From the NCBI GenBank assembly GCA_001600815.1, contig BCKZ01000040.1, positions 62,001 to 96,504 of the forward strand: 34,504 bases of DNA, read 5' to 3'. How positions within the stretch are numbered: the first letter of the stretch is position 1; each line of letters begins with the position of its first letter. Positions 21,814 through 34,504 of this stretch are shown piece by piece. The DNA is from Alloascoidea hylecoeti. Taxonomy: Eukaryota. Both the position numbers and the translations under genes were made by a program. A model generated the notes under the pieces. The model had not been told where the DNA came from. It saw nothing but the letters and a program-made list of their open reading frames with translations, and did no database searches.

Positions 21814-22111
21814 ACTATGATAATACAAAATAAATGATGATAATTTCAATAACTATAAATACAGATTTTATTGGTATTTAATGGCCCTTTAAATTTGATT
21901 AAAAGATTTGGAACTACAATTATTGTACATATGTTTGTTTCTGATATAGTATCAAGTATTATTATTCATATAAGTAATAATTTAAATTAAGAAGAAATAA
22001 ACAGAAATTAAATTTCTGATTATTTTGTTATTCGTTCTTTTTGGGATTAAACACTATAGTAGGAGGAGTTGTGCCGTAGACACAAACACAACTCTTTAAA
22101 TTTTGTTAAGG

Positions 22112-23748
22112 ATGACACCACAACTCCTCAATCTATCAAACATCGGGTCTAAAAATAGGATATTTTCATGTTTTTGGCTATTTGGACTAATAAATAATGT
22201 TCTATACGTTGTTATTTTAAATGCTGCTATAGATTTAGTAGGTCCTTTGGCACCAAAAGCCACGGTTCTATTAGCTGATGTTCTCCCCGCTTTTTTTATA
22301 AAATTAACTGCTCCATTTTTTATTCACCTGATACCTTATAAGTATGATGATTTATTCGATTTATAATAACGTGTGATATGAACTAATGCCAAGCTTTTTG
22401 TTAGCATTCGGATATATATTTTGATTATATTAAGTGTAGGTGGAATGCTCATTATTGCATTCTCAACTTCAACGGGACCAAAGATATTTGGAATAGTTTT
22501 AGCTTCTACTAGTTCTGGACTTGGGGAGCTTACATTTCTACAACTTACACATTTCTTTGGTGAATGGAGTCTACCAGCTTTTAGCTCAGGGACCGGTGGT
22601 GCTGGTCTTGTTGGGAGTAAGTGTTAAATTTGGTTGATTCTGTTAAGAGAGTATCCAACTAACCTCAATTTTTATTTATAGGCTCTATGTACTTGTTATT
22701 TACTACTGCTATACGGCTTTCTATAAGAACCTCTTTGTTGTTATTTACGGTATGTTTTTACTTTTCAACTACTTCGATTTAATTAATGATATATTAACCG
22801 ATATTAGTCTCTACCTATAATATTCTACTTTTTATATTTCCATCTACTTCCACAACTAGATCAAATTCAAAATATGTATCATCATCGGGAAGATTTGACA
22901 AATGACCATTCAGAAGTTGGTCTCCTAGCAGAAGAAAATAACGAATCTGTCAATGAGATTGAAGAAGTTAAGCATGGCATTACATTTGAACTTATTTTAG
23001 AGAATATCAATACAACACTTCATAGATTGAAACCACTGGTGATTCCCTACATGTAAGTTTATTTTTGTCTAGATGTGATGATATTAAACTAATGTATTAA
23101 TATTATAGGGTACCATTATTGTTGGTATATGCTGCTGAATATACTATTAATCAAGGAATATCACCAACTTTATTGTTCCCTATTGAAGAAATGCCATTCA
23201 AGAAGTTTAGAGATGTTTATGTTACATATGGTACTTTATACCAATGTATGTGAATGATGATATGCTTTTATAATATGATCGTGATCAGTTATAATTTTGA
23301 TTAACAAATTTTATTTTAGTGGGTGTTTTCATATCAAGGTCATCTTCATCATTTTTTAGAATTAAATATTTATACGCACCTGCAATATTACAAGCAATAA
23401 ATGTTGTGATTTGTATTTTTCAGTCAATTTATATGATAATACCTAATATTTATTTAGTTATGGTTCTGGTATTTTATGAAGGTATGTAAATGGTATTTCA
23501 TTATCAATTTGATAGAAATGAAAATTAACACGTTTATATTAGGACTACTTGGTGGAGCATCTTATGTTAATACATTCTTACAAATATCAGAAAATTCACC
23601 ATTAGAGGATCGTGAATTTAGAATGGGCGCTGTTGGAATTAGCGATTCTAGTGGAATTGTTATTGCTGCTATTATCAGCATGTGGTTAGAGAAAAGTCTT
23701 TGTCGTTATCAAATCAGAGATGGAAGACCTTGGTGTGAAATGGAATAA
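22112..23748 (+). CDS. BTN1: Battenin/CLN3 homologue Btn1; exons 22112-22341, 22405-22616, 22682-22749, 22808-23052, 23109-23245, 23320-23481, 23543-23748
   Basis: [90 protein letters not shown]. Six GT..AG introns all restore the frame. Confidence 0.95.
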
Positions 23749-23861
23749 TAAAATAATTATCTGAATCTATATCCAGGTTCAAATATAATTACTTCCACTC
23801 ATATTTAATTATTTATTAGTTTTAGAGGTTATACAGTTAAAATTAAAGATAGATTGGATAG

Positions 23862-25057
23862 CTATAGGCCAACTGAAGATGCCAATAATCTCTCATGATA
23901 AACTTTTGCAACTTCAATTAGGGCTTTTGTGTGTGCAATGGCAGCAATATCGATAAAGAAATGAAATATTTGATGTGAATGACCAATAAGATCGAATGCT
24001 AAAACAATTAGTTAGTAAAAAAAGTATTAATTAAAAAATTGATTACTTACAACCAGGATAGTATTTCTCAGGTATTCTAAGAGCATATAAAACAGCTCCC
24101 GTAATATAAAAGAATGCTTCCATAAATACCCATTGCAATTGTGCTCTTTCCCAAGTTTCATCAATACCTGCAAACATTATTCCAATAAGTACTGGTATTA
24201 CTCCAGATAATCCAAAAGCAACAAATATACTGGCGCGCCAATGTCTCCAACCAACACTTCGAAACTTATCACTTAAACAAAAGGGAACGCAACACATTCC
24301 TAATGAAAAAGTGAATAAACAACAACCATATCTTAATATAGGAACATCATAAAATGCATAATATAATATTCCAACTGTTGACCCAATGATCATAAATACT
24401 ATACCTAGATAATCCATTTTATTTAATCTACTTGCTGTTGTATGAGAATGATTTTTAAACCAATGAAATATTGAACTACAACCAAAACATACTAAAGCAC
24501 AACATAGGAAAAATGTAAAAATAATATAGTCACTGGTTGAAGTTGTTGGATATATTGGTATGAATGATAAAGATGATGAAATGATATAAGATAGACATAA
24601 AATTGCAGGTATAAGATGTGAAAAGATATTTCCTATATTCAAATCGTTAATAAGTCATTGTATGATTTTAAATTTATATTTATAATGGCTTACCTGTTTC
24701 ATTATGTATGAAGAATAATGATTTGAAAGTTAGGATGAAACTGTTTGTTTCTCTAACGTAATGATTCACTATATAATCATTATCTCGTTGCCAATCGGGT
24801 AATTGCATCCACGAACAAAATGTCAAGCCATATCTTTTCCTTGTTGGCTTTACACCTTTGAATATTTTCTAAGTAGATTTATGTTGTTAGATGAATAAAA
24901 AATATGGGGTTGCAATATATATGTGTACCTTTATTGATTTTTTAGACGTTGTGGTATGTCCAGTATTGAGTTTAATTCCCGGAGCCTTATGGTTCTTTTT
25001 AGAAAGATTAGGAGGGTTTGTGGGGTTTCCTTGTGTTGTTGTGGTATATTTGGACAT
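23862..25057 (-). CDS. PAQR/haemolysin-III family membrane protein (Izh1/Izh2-like); exons 25057-24929, 24868-24694, 24632-24051, 23998-23862
   Basis: [66 protein letters not shown]. Three introns; the first has the weak donor GTACAC. Confidence 0.92.
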
Positions 25058-25412
25058 TTCAGGCGAAGAGATCTAAATACACTGTATTCGGAATATCGGA
25101 AAAGATATAGGAAATAAGGAAGAGAAGGATTACAATGTTTTTAAGATTAGATTGCTTGCAACACATATACCCAACAATGATGATAAATCAATTAAACCTC
25201 CAACAAATGAATATTTCTGTATTAAACTAGAAACATTGATTTTAAAGCAATATTTCCCACCATATTAATTAATTAATATTAGTACTACAAAAAGGTAAAC
25301 TATATCATGAACAGTGGTGGATTATAAAGTTCAAACCAAAAATAACCGGGTAATACCTTGTGAAATAAAATTTGAAGATTGATTTTTGAGCTGTATACCA
25401 CTTATTGTTGTA

Positions 25413-26346
25413 ATGTCAGATTCAGATTCAGATGATACTCCGTAAGTTTATATTTCTATCATGATCGTTGAATAACGTGGCTAATTGATATGAATAATTT
25501 AGTGTTTTATCTGCTGCTACACTAGCAGCTCTTCAAGAATTTCAAGATGAAGAGAAGAGCAGGCAGGAACAATTTGCTAAGCTTTATCAAAACTCAGAGG
25601 CACAATTTGATGATAATAAGAAAGAAGAAGATAAGGTGGCACAGTTGGGTATGGATGCATTTAAGGAAGATTGGAATCTATCACAATTTTGGGTATGTTA
25701 TTTATTATTAACTATAAGGTAAGCAAATAGGGAAATCTAACTTGCAATATAAATTCTCCAAAGTCTAGTATGACGATAATACGGCAAATGTGTTAGCTGA
25801 TGAGCTACTTGAAGGTGCAAATAATGAAACAATCATTGCAATTGTGAGTGCTCCAAGTGTATATGCTGCTATTAAAAAAAGACAAGATTTGAAAATATCA
25901 TTAGATCAAATATATTTATTTGAATTTGATAAAAGATTTCAATTAACTGCTGGGGATAAATTTGTGTTTTATGATTATAATAAACCACTTATATTTCCAA
26001 AAGAATTAAAAGGAAGGTGTAATAGATTATTGATTGATCCTCCTTTTCTATCTGATGAATGTCAAACCAAAGGTATGTAAACTCCATAACATTAACATTA
26101 TGATCAATTATTAACTTATTATATAATTAACAATTTATAGCTGCCATTACCGCAAGATCACTCCAAAGCAAAAAAGAATCAAAAGTTATTGTTTGCACAG
26201 GAGAACGAATGGCTCAATTAATAGCAAAGGTGTATCCAGACACTAAGATCACAAATTTTTATCCTCAGCATGGTAATGGCTTAAGTAATGAATTTAGATG
26301 TTATGCTTCATTTGAAGGGAATAATTGGAAGTTTGAAAGTAATTAG
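25413..26346 (+). CDS. EFM5: eEF1A lysine methyltransferase Efm5 (N6AMT2 family); exons 25413-25441, 25503-25692, 25769-26072, 26141-26346
   Basis: LSAATLAALQEF, FKEDWNLSQFWYDDNTA, IAIVSAPSVY, LFEFDKRF, LLIDPPFLSDECQTK, CTGERM, PQHGNGLSNEFRCYASFE. Confidence 0.93.
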
Positions 26347-26585
26347 TTCTTGAGTGTATATTAATTGATTACTGCAGAGTACTATTGTCTCATGGAAATT
26401 AGGTTCACAGTATGTATATCTTATAAAGCTTTGTATGGAAAATTTTATATAGTCAGTTTTATGACCGGTGAAAGTAAATGATGTTGTAACATAAAGCATT
26501 TGAATAAAGTTTTACCTGTGTTAAATTTAATTTTTCCACGCGACCCACAAATCTCCCAATTTTATCTTCACATTGCAATTGAAAA

Positions 26586-27619
26586 ATGACAAAACTGGAG
26601 GAGTCACAATCTGAATACAAACAAGACCTTCATGAATATTTATCAGACTTGAAAGATAAATTAAATCCTATATACGATGAAATAATCCAAAATTTAGCTG
26701 CTGCTGACTCGAAAGCCGGTGAAGATAGTATTATACAGTTAGATGAATGGCGGTCACAGACATTGCCTGAACAAATCGCTACATGGGCTTCACAACGGAA
26801 TAAAAATGATCAAAAGAAGAAATCAAAAGGATTTGGATTTTGTCTTGGTTATTCAGAATTAGAAAAATTAATGCGATGGAAATTGTAAGATGTTTCAATT
26901 GCTGTGTTTTTAACGGTTTTCACCTTGATTTTTCAATTTTCAGTTTAAACTAATATGCAATGTTTAGAAAGAGAGGTAAATGGAGACCAAGACTCCTAAA
27001 GTTGATACAATCTAATTCACCCAATGAAGTTGAAGAAGTAATCGCTAAAGGGTTTTCTATAATATTAGACTTTTTAGATGAAGATACCAAAGATGAACTA
27101 GATGAGAAGGTTTATTTTCAACTCTTAAAAGATGCTCTTGTAATTATAACAAAGCTAAGAGGAGTAGGTCCAGCTACAGCGTCATTAATACTTTCTTTGC
27201 TTCATCAATGTAGACTCAATGAAAAATCTCTAAATTATTCTCCTCCCTTTTTAAGTGATGAAGCTTTCTATTTATTAACAGATAATAGAAATCCAAAATA
27301 TACTGCAAAGGAATATCTTGATCAATATGTACCAATAGTGTTGGAAATTTCAAAAATAGGTCATGTTTCAATGGATGATGTTGAAACGATGTCATTTGTG
27401 GTTGAGTTATATAAAAGTGGGAAATATAATGGCGATTTAATGCTGGAAGATGGCATTTTGACTAGATTTTTGAAACTTGTCGATGAAGTGAGATCCAATT
27501 TAATTGAAGCTAATGATTTCACAACAAAGAAGAGATCTTTTAAATCTAAAGCTGATGATGACCTTAAAACTAAGAAGAGATCCCGCAAATACCGAGATAT
27601 TTCACGACAACTCAAATGA
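26586..27619 (+). CDS. Amun-like helix-hairpin-helix (DNA glycosylase-like) protein; exons 26586-26884 and 26968-27619
   Basis: Intron 26885-26967 (GTAAGA..ACTAAT..TAG) gives ELEKLMRWKLKRGKWRPRLLKLIQSN. HhH motif KLRGVGPATASLILS; PFLSDEAF; basic NLS-like tail. Confidence 0.8.
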
Positions 27620-27967
27620 GATATTATAGAAGTTTATCTCCTTATGAAAAAAATGATGAAGAATATATATGGTATAGATTAGCAAAAGACTATAAAGTGT
27701 TTAGATTAATTTGAATAGGAAATGTAAAGTATCAAATAGATTTGCAATTAATGTATTTTCATCCAATGATTTAAGGTGGGTTTCCCACCATTGTTTCCTT
27801 CGATATTCGAATTTGTTTTACCATTTAAACATTGTAAGCTCAAGGGATGAATTACGTATGGAGCTTGAAAATATATTAAACCATCATAATCAAAAAATTT
27901 AGCCAAATAAAATAGAAAATTCTGATGATATGTTTTGAAAAGCAGAATTTGTATAAAGCAATATTAG

Positions 27968-27994
27968 CCAATTCTCCCAATTCTCCCAATTCTC
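27968..27994. repeat. (CCAATTCTC)x3 tandem repeat
   Basis: Three exact 9-bp units. Confidence 0.9.
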
Positions 27995-29541
27995 CGCATT
28001 TATTTCTTTATTAATGAAATAATGTTTATCTAATTGGCCATGGGATATTTTACTTATTGATTGTGTACGAGTGCTTGTTACCCAAAGTTTAGTAATAAAT
28101 TAAATTTCCTGAAAGTAATAACAATAATCCTACCTTGCTAAACCATACAGAGAAAAAACTTCGACCATAACAAAACATTCTCAGATATTATTCTGAATAA
28201 AAGTTTGTAGGCAATGTCATATTTATAAAAATTTTCTGTTACAGTTCAAAGTGCCTGTTCTCCCAGTTGCGCCAAAAAGCCAATCGACTCTTTAGTGAAC
28301 TGTTCTAAGAGTGTAATATATCCAACATTTTCTGTACACCCGCGGAACAACATGTACCTAATTTCAAAATTAGTTTTTAGAAAACAATTTGGAAGCAAAG
28401 AGTAAAGGAAAGATTTGTTTTAACTTATATGTACTGTATGTCATCATCTTAGGATTGGGATACCTAGCAAAACTAGGGTTTGAAGAGATTTTCTTTTGGA
28501 AAGATTTGTATTAATCACTTCGAAATCTAGAGAACGTTATACTATCCTACATAATATACCTAATTTAAAAATATTGTTATAGGGAATTGGAATTATAAGG
28601 GCTTATTTTATTACTTAAGCTGATCTCACTATGTAGGTGTAACCTAGAGGTATATTTTGGCCTCAGTTTATAGTACTTTATATTTCTATATCCATGATAA
28701 TATTTAAGGCTCCAGCTGAAACTACTTCTTAAAATGTAACAAGAATCCTTCGATCAATTTGATTTCTAGTAACCAAACTGGGGAATAGGATAGAAAAGAA
28801 TATAGAGGTAGTCGAGTATTAGGATTTGTGAATGGTAGATGAATTTAGGTTCAGAAGATTGAAAGTGGAAATGCAGAGGAGTGGATATTAAGGATATCGT
28901 AGATAGTTATATAAGCAATGAAGTATATAGAGATAGTAAGAGAAACGAAATTTAAGTGAAAGATTGTTGTTAGGCCGTACAAAAACATATGCATAAAAGC
29001 CTGTAGTCGGATATGTCAACATGTATCAGTTTAATTCAAAACCGGTTTCCAACTCTAATATCCAACCTTAATAAAAACCGTTAACAGAATTAATTCAATT
29101 CAATGGGCTCCGATTTTACCACCAACTCAATAGTCTCTTTGTCCTTAATCGAATAGAACCACCAAAGAGGATATGTTATGATATATGTATAGTACACCCA
29201 GCACGTACCTACCACATTGAGATGATTTCAAGTATTGAAATCATCATGTCTCAAAAGATACGTTTTAATGACTTCACTCTATGTTATATCTAACACTTCA
29301 TATATATTTTGTGATATATTATATGTATAAGTATATAGTAAACGAATCCTCCTGTTGAAAATAATTCCATATTCCTCGCTTTAATAGGAAATTAATAAGA
29401 ACGATAAATTCAATTATGCAAATAAAAGATTCCCAGATAATGGTTCATGCATTCATATGCNTATGGACATCATTTCGGAATATCCAAACTTTATAATTCA
29501 TATTTGATGGCCATCTGGCAAATTAAATATTTAAGCTAGAT

Positions 29542-29586
29542 CCGAATCCCATACCCGAATCCCATGCCCGAATCCCATGCCCGAAT
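29542..29586. repeat. 13-bp tandem repeat CCGAATCCCATRC, ~3.5 copies
   Basis: Units start at 29542, 29555 and 29568, with a partial unit at 29581. Confidence 0.9.
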
Positions 29587-29741
29587 AAGATTGTGTATTG
29601 TTAAGCCTATGCAGTGATTTCATTCCGATCTGGTATAACATGTCTATTGTCATACGGATTAATTTTTACACCACCATTAATGTTGAATATAAATATTCAG
29701 AAATTTCCACATTTTAAATATCATCAAATCTCATCAAAATC

Positions 29742-29821
29742 ATCATTCAATCATTCAATCACTCAATCATTCAATCATTCAATCATTCAATCATTCAATC
29801 ATTCAACCATTCAATCATTCA
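29742..29821. repeat. (ATCATTCA)x10 minisatellite immediately upstream of the protease ATG
   Basis: Ten 8-bp units, two with single substitutions. Confidence 0.95.
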
Positions 29822-29861
29822 CAATCACTTTCTAATATTATTACTATTCTTATAACTAAAA

Positions 29862-31082
29862 ATGAAAAACTCTTACGCTACTTTACAATTGGCTACAATC
29901 TTAGCTTCATTCATTGGTACTTCCGTTGCCCAAGGATTCCATCAATTACAATTTTCTCGTTCATTAAAACCAAATCCTTCAGTGCTGAGGAATATTACAG
30001 GAAAAACTGGTGAAGAAATCAAATCTCAAAAATCTGCTTTTGATGTATTCCTACAAAATGAAAAATATTGGTATTCTGTTGATGTTGAAGTTGGTAATCC
30101 TCCTCAAAAAGTTACCGTTAATCTTGATACTGGATCTTCTGATTTATGGGTTGTTGGATCCGAGAACACTAACTGTAATGATAAATGTCAATCATTAGGA
30201 ACTTTCGATCAATCCANATCTACTTCTATTAACAAAATCAATGATAATTTCCGAATTGAATATGGAGATGGTAGTGTTTCTACAGGTGACTGGGTTACTG
30301 ACTCTGTTACTTTAGGAGGACAAACAGTTAATGGGTTAACATTTGCAGTTGGTACTAATTCCGATAATAGTATGGGAGTATTAGGTATTGGGTTCGCATC
30401 ATTGGGAGGAGAAGGACTTGGATACGACTATACAAATTATCCAAAGGCATTAGTTAATGCAGGAATCATCGAGTCTCAAACATATTCTATTTATTTGGAT
30501 TCTGCAGATAAGGGAACCATATTATTTGGAGGAGTCGATCATTCTAAGTATACTGGATCTTTAGTCACAGTTCCAATCACAAGTGATACAAGGACAACAG
30601 TTGAGTTAACAGGCCTTAAGATTTCAGATGGTAGTTTCAGTTCTGAATCNAAATTTGATGTTCTTCTTGACACAGGTTCCACTTTAAGTTATCTCCCAGC
30701 CGATGTTATTGCCAACATTGCCGCCTCGTTAGGTGCTACATACAATCAACACCAATCTCAATACATACTTCCTTGTGATTCTTCAAGAAATGTTGAGTTC
30801 TCCTTTGGATGTTCCACTATCAGTGTTCCTCTTAATAGCTTCCAAAAGAAATCCAAATCTGTCGATTCCAATGGAAACCAACTTTGTACTTTAAAATTAA
30901 TTCCCACATCAGGTCCAGTATCCATACTAGGAGACTCATTTTTAAGAAGTGCATATGTTGTGTTTGATTTGGATAAATCTCAAGCTTCAATTGCACAATC
31001 GGCATCATATGTTGATTCAGATGACAGTCAGATCGAAATTATCCCTTCATCAGGATCAGTTCCTGGATCCAAAACTTGTTAA
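29862..31082 (+). CDS. Secreted pepsin-family (A1) aspartic protease, Sap/yapsin-like
   Basis: Signal peptide; two catalytic motifs LDTGSSDLWV and LLDTGSTLSY; flap IEYGDGS; ILFGGVDHSKY; ILGDSFLRSAYVVFDLD. No hydrophobic GPI tail. Confidence 0.95.
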   Translation: MKNSYATLQLATILASFIGTSVAQGFHQLQFSRSLKPNPSVLRNITGKTGEEIKSQKSAFDVFLQNEKYWYSVDVEVGNPPQKVTVNLDTGSSDLWVVGSENTNCNDKCQSLGTFDQSXSTSINKINDNFRIEYGDGSVSTGDWVTDSVTLGGQTVNGLTFAVGTNSDNSMGVLGIGFASLGGEGLGYDYTNYPKALVNAGIIESQTYSIYLDSADKGTILFGGVDHSKYTGSLVTVPITSDTRTTVELTGLKISDGSFSSEXKFDVLLDTGSTLSYLPADVIANIAASLGATYNQHQSQYILPCDSSRNVEFSFGCSTISVPLNSFQKKSKSVDSNGNQLCTLKLIPTSGPVSILGDSFLRSAYVVFDLDKSQASIAQSASYVDSDDSQIEIIPSSGSVPGSKTC

Positions 31083-32786
31083 GCATAATTGATATTAATA
31101 TTCATATACTGCATTTTCTCATATTGTATAACTGTTACGTTTCTTATTTGCTTTCTTTGTAAATCATATATAATCATATACTTTAATTATTGTCATAATA
31201 TCATTTATTCCAAAAATTAAATCTTAAAAACATCTTTTTTAGCCTGTAACGACATGAACATTTCGCAGATTATCATCATCGTAATTGAATAATTAATAAT
31301 GATGAACTAAATGAATCATATACGTTTATGATCATATATTTTATTGTAAAATTTTGTAGTTTATATATTAATATATATTGCAAGAATTAGAAAAATTGGA
31401 ACTGTTGTTTGATATTTGATTTATAAATATTGATATTTTAACTAATTGTTTTTTCATGTACCACCTGTAGAAGAAGTCAGCCAAAAGTTTCTTATAATTA
31501 AGTTTGAGTGTGTCGATGTGTGGTATAGAAGAATCAAAACAAGGTGAAACCCTACAAAACTTCCAGAATATATTATAGTAAATAAAAAGCTCGATCGGAA
31601 GATTTTTTTTTTAATTAGTGAGTATATTTTGAATTAATAGTTGATAATTTAGTATATAAAGTTTTTGTCCTATAGATGTGAAGTCTTTCATCTACAACAA
31701 GTTACCATTGCAGCTAAGAACAAAGAAGAACCGTGATAGTAGAAATTCGAAAGAGTTCTTCATTTCTGGTTAAGTAATTGATTATTGTATTTTCAATGCT
31801 GCTGATATTTTTGATAGAGATTGTATTTTCATTTTTATTGTATCATTCGCGAATTTGGAATACAAAATAGAATCATGTGCAATATTTTTTAGATCTAGAT
31901 GTGGGGGTGTCTGGCTTATCTTTGTTTACACAAAAGCAAAATAGTGTAGAATTATCCATATATATTTAAGAATACTGTTGATGATATCCAGGCAGTTTTA
32001 AAGAAATAATGATTTAAATGAAGGATAGAAGAGAAGTGTGTGTTAGGAGTTTATAATTTTAGATAAAAGATTGTTGAGCAATAGATATATTAGAGTGTGA
32101 AGGTATTAATAAACGTGTTAAATATCACAAGTAAGAAGTAGTGTTGGAGATATCGCATTAGTGATATCGCATTTTTATAGTTTAATAATTTAGATATAGT
32201 AGATTTTGTGGATTCCATAATTTATGTCGAGGAATTCTGACATTTTAGAAGTTATAGTAAAATTATAATGTAGTAATATTCAAATTTAATTTCCAGAGTT
32301 CAAGAGCACTTGTTTGTCAAATACAAGAACTTCAATCAAACAAGATGAGTGAAACCGCGTCTACAAGCAAACTTATTCAACAAAAGATATGAAGAAAAAA
32401 GTTGTTATACAAAAGGAAGATGAAGAAATAAGGAGAGAGTAAACCATATAAAGAAAAAGACTGAAAAAAAAGGAAATCTATATTTATTAGAATATTGAAT
32501 TGATGATGATATGTTTTGGAAGCTTTGTGAAGAATAGGGGATTTAGAAAGAATTGAATAGTGAGATATTTAATGATTGGTAAAGCGGATTTAGAGGTGTA
32601 AAAAAGAATTAAATAATTAAATGTTAAGAGTGGCTAGTGAGTTAGTAATAGTTACATTCTGTTTTTATGTTTCACCATCAATCATTTATGCAGATAACAT
32701 GTTTTAACTAGTGGTATATAAGAAGTAGTCTTTTCCATAGATATTAAAAAGAATAAGAAACAGATAGATTAAGATTCGTTCCATCA

Positions 32787-33974
32787 ATGCCAGAAGACAC
32801 TGATTCTTTATTAACTTTGATAAAGCAACTACAAGAACAAAATACTTTCGAGAAATACAAACTATCGATGAAAGAAGAACTCAATTTTTTTTACGAAAAT
32901 AACTTGATAAAAGAAATAGATAGAAGAGATGTGCCGGTAAATGAATTCATTATACCAAGTAAATGGGTGTTATCTGAGAAATTAGATTCACAATCAACGG
33001 GATGAGAAAGGACTCTTAAATCTAGATGTGTAGCTAGAGGAGATTTGATACGTTCCTTTAATTTTTTCACAGAAGAAGATGGTACCACATTGATATTAGC
33101 AAATCTTCGAATTTTGATGGATTATGCCTTACAATATGATTTGAAATTCGCTTCTGTTGATTTTTATTGAATCTTGGGGATGAGGTATGTAATAAAATTA
33201 CGAAAGCTTTAAATTCTTACAAAAGCTAATAACTTTCTGAGAAAAGAAGACTTAACAAAGACAAAACTCAATTTTGACTACAGAAGGGTTTTAGGTATGA
33301 TAATGTATATATGTAATTCCTATGAATATGACATAATTTATATTTACAATTCAATCAGCAGATACACAGATTACGAGTGTAAGGAAACCTCAGAAATGTT
33401 AATTCAACATGGAAGATACTTAATAAATACAAAAGAATTTGGCTTGAAAATCAAAAAATCTCTGAACTTTATTGCTCGTATTGCAAAAATCGATTGTTAT
33501 ATTCATGCAGATCACGCCAATGATAGAAATGATAGATATAGTGCTCCTGTTTCTTTGTTATTGAACAACAACATTATCTATTACCATAGCAAATTGATGA
33601 GGATTGAATTTAAGAGTAGTTCAGAAAGTGAACTTTGTTCATTAGATTTATCAATGGATAAACTAGACAAGTTGAAATCAAATATATTGGGACTTTTTAA
33701 AAAAGTGGAGAAAAACATTTTTGAAGATAACATGCCAGTAATTCATTGGATTACAGGAATAAAAAATTATAAAATGAGAACAAAAACATTAGATAACAAA
33801 TTGAATGTTTTAAGAATAAGATGATTTAATATAGAATCTAAAACAAAAGATGAAGTGGAATCATGGAATGAAAATCTACTCAAAACTGATGGTGAACTTA
33901 ATCTAAGAGATTATCTTACTAAACCCATGCCAAAGAGATAATTTCCAATCTTAAGAGATAAATTGAACAACTAA
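32787..33974 (+). mobile_element. Decayed Ty1/copia retrotransposon pol fragment (RT start, RT end and RNase H)
   Basis: IIPSKWVLSEK then, past an in-frame TGA, KSRCVARGD (copia RT). RNase H motifs YIHADHANDRNDRYS, SSSESEL, FEDNMPVI and DYLTKPMP. Several in-frame stops. Confidence 0.85.
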
Positions 33975-34504
33975 CTTTAAGTAACATGAATATAATTAAT
34001 AATGATGATATCGTTTTGTTGGCTTATGGGCTCATCAGTGGCGATGTCCTTGAATTGTTTCGGAGGCATAGTTGGTAATAAATTTATATTATAAAGAACG
34101 TGTGTTTTTCTAAAACTAAATAATGTGGCNACTCGCTAATATATAAGGGAAATGAAGATCTTCATAAATATCACCCCATATATATGAAACTATGTAATGA
34201 CAAAAACTATTTTAATTTAATTATATAACTACATATCCAATACTCCTTCTCAATTTTTAAAAGATTTTTCTTTTAAATATTGCACCAGTTACAGGTTTTA
34301 TGAGTATGTCACTATAGTTCGATGAGGAATCAACTCTCACCAATNTTCTGTTTTGATTAATTTTAAATTGTTGTTTCAAGTACTTAATTTTGATATCTAT
34401 ATAGGTTACCTAACATGCGAAACTGAACCTCATGCCGTATTTACATACTATGTATTCCGCTGCCGTGAAGCATATTCATAGTTAATATATGCATCAATTC
34501 TCTT

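Noticed and set aside
9183..27619. Functional gene cluster among the neighbouring genes
   Set aside because: The genes are unrelated housekeeping functions; there is no sign of a shared pathway or biosynthetic cluster.
29614..29835. 73-aa ORF with SFNHSI repeats
   Set aside because: Translation of the ATCATTCA minisatellite; non-ATG start.
31466..31696. Possible LTR bounded by TGTAGA...TCTACA upstream of the copia relic
   Set aside because: No second copy after the RNase H region, no target-site duplication and no convincing primer-binding site; a 6-bp inverted match can be chance.
7626..33824. In-frame TGA codons followed by open frames (7626, 33003, 33822) suggesting recoding
   Set aside because: All lie in decayed sequences that also have TAA/TAG stops or frameshifts. 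Intact genes use TGG for Trp, and TGA ends the Amun-like gene normally.

Overview
AT-rich, intron-containing fungal genomic DNA, most consistent with an early-branching budding yeast (Saccharomycotina). The lineage is inferred from gene content and short introns and is not proven. About 15 protein genes are present: V-ATPase subunit a (5'-truncated), an orphan K/E-rich protein, CWC24 lacking its RING finger, RPB8, BNA1, a small hypothetical, BUD32, an F-box protein, MTR3, MTP18/MTFP1, MRPL37, BTN1/YHC3, an IZH/PAQR receptor, EFM5, an Amun-like HhH protein and a secreted aspartic protease. A decayed Ty1/copia element lies at the right end. The main features invisible to the ORF track are non-coding. 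(1) A spliced non-coding host transcript (~16.5-18.1 kb) carries six box C/D snoRNAs (snR78, 77, 76, 75, 74, 73). At least one pair of its introns appears to abut with no exon between them (AG|GT, a candidate recursive splice site). (2) A stand-alone H/ACA snoRNA (snR35-like) shares an identical 12-bp promoter motif with that cluster. (3) MTP18 contains a 3-nt microexon. (4) A diverged ~300-bp repeat occurs twice in inverted orientation around the orphan gene and CWC24. Gene and RNA names come from recalled family motifs and rRNA complementarity; no database search was run.
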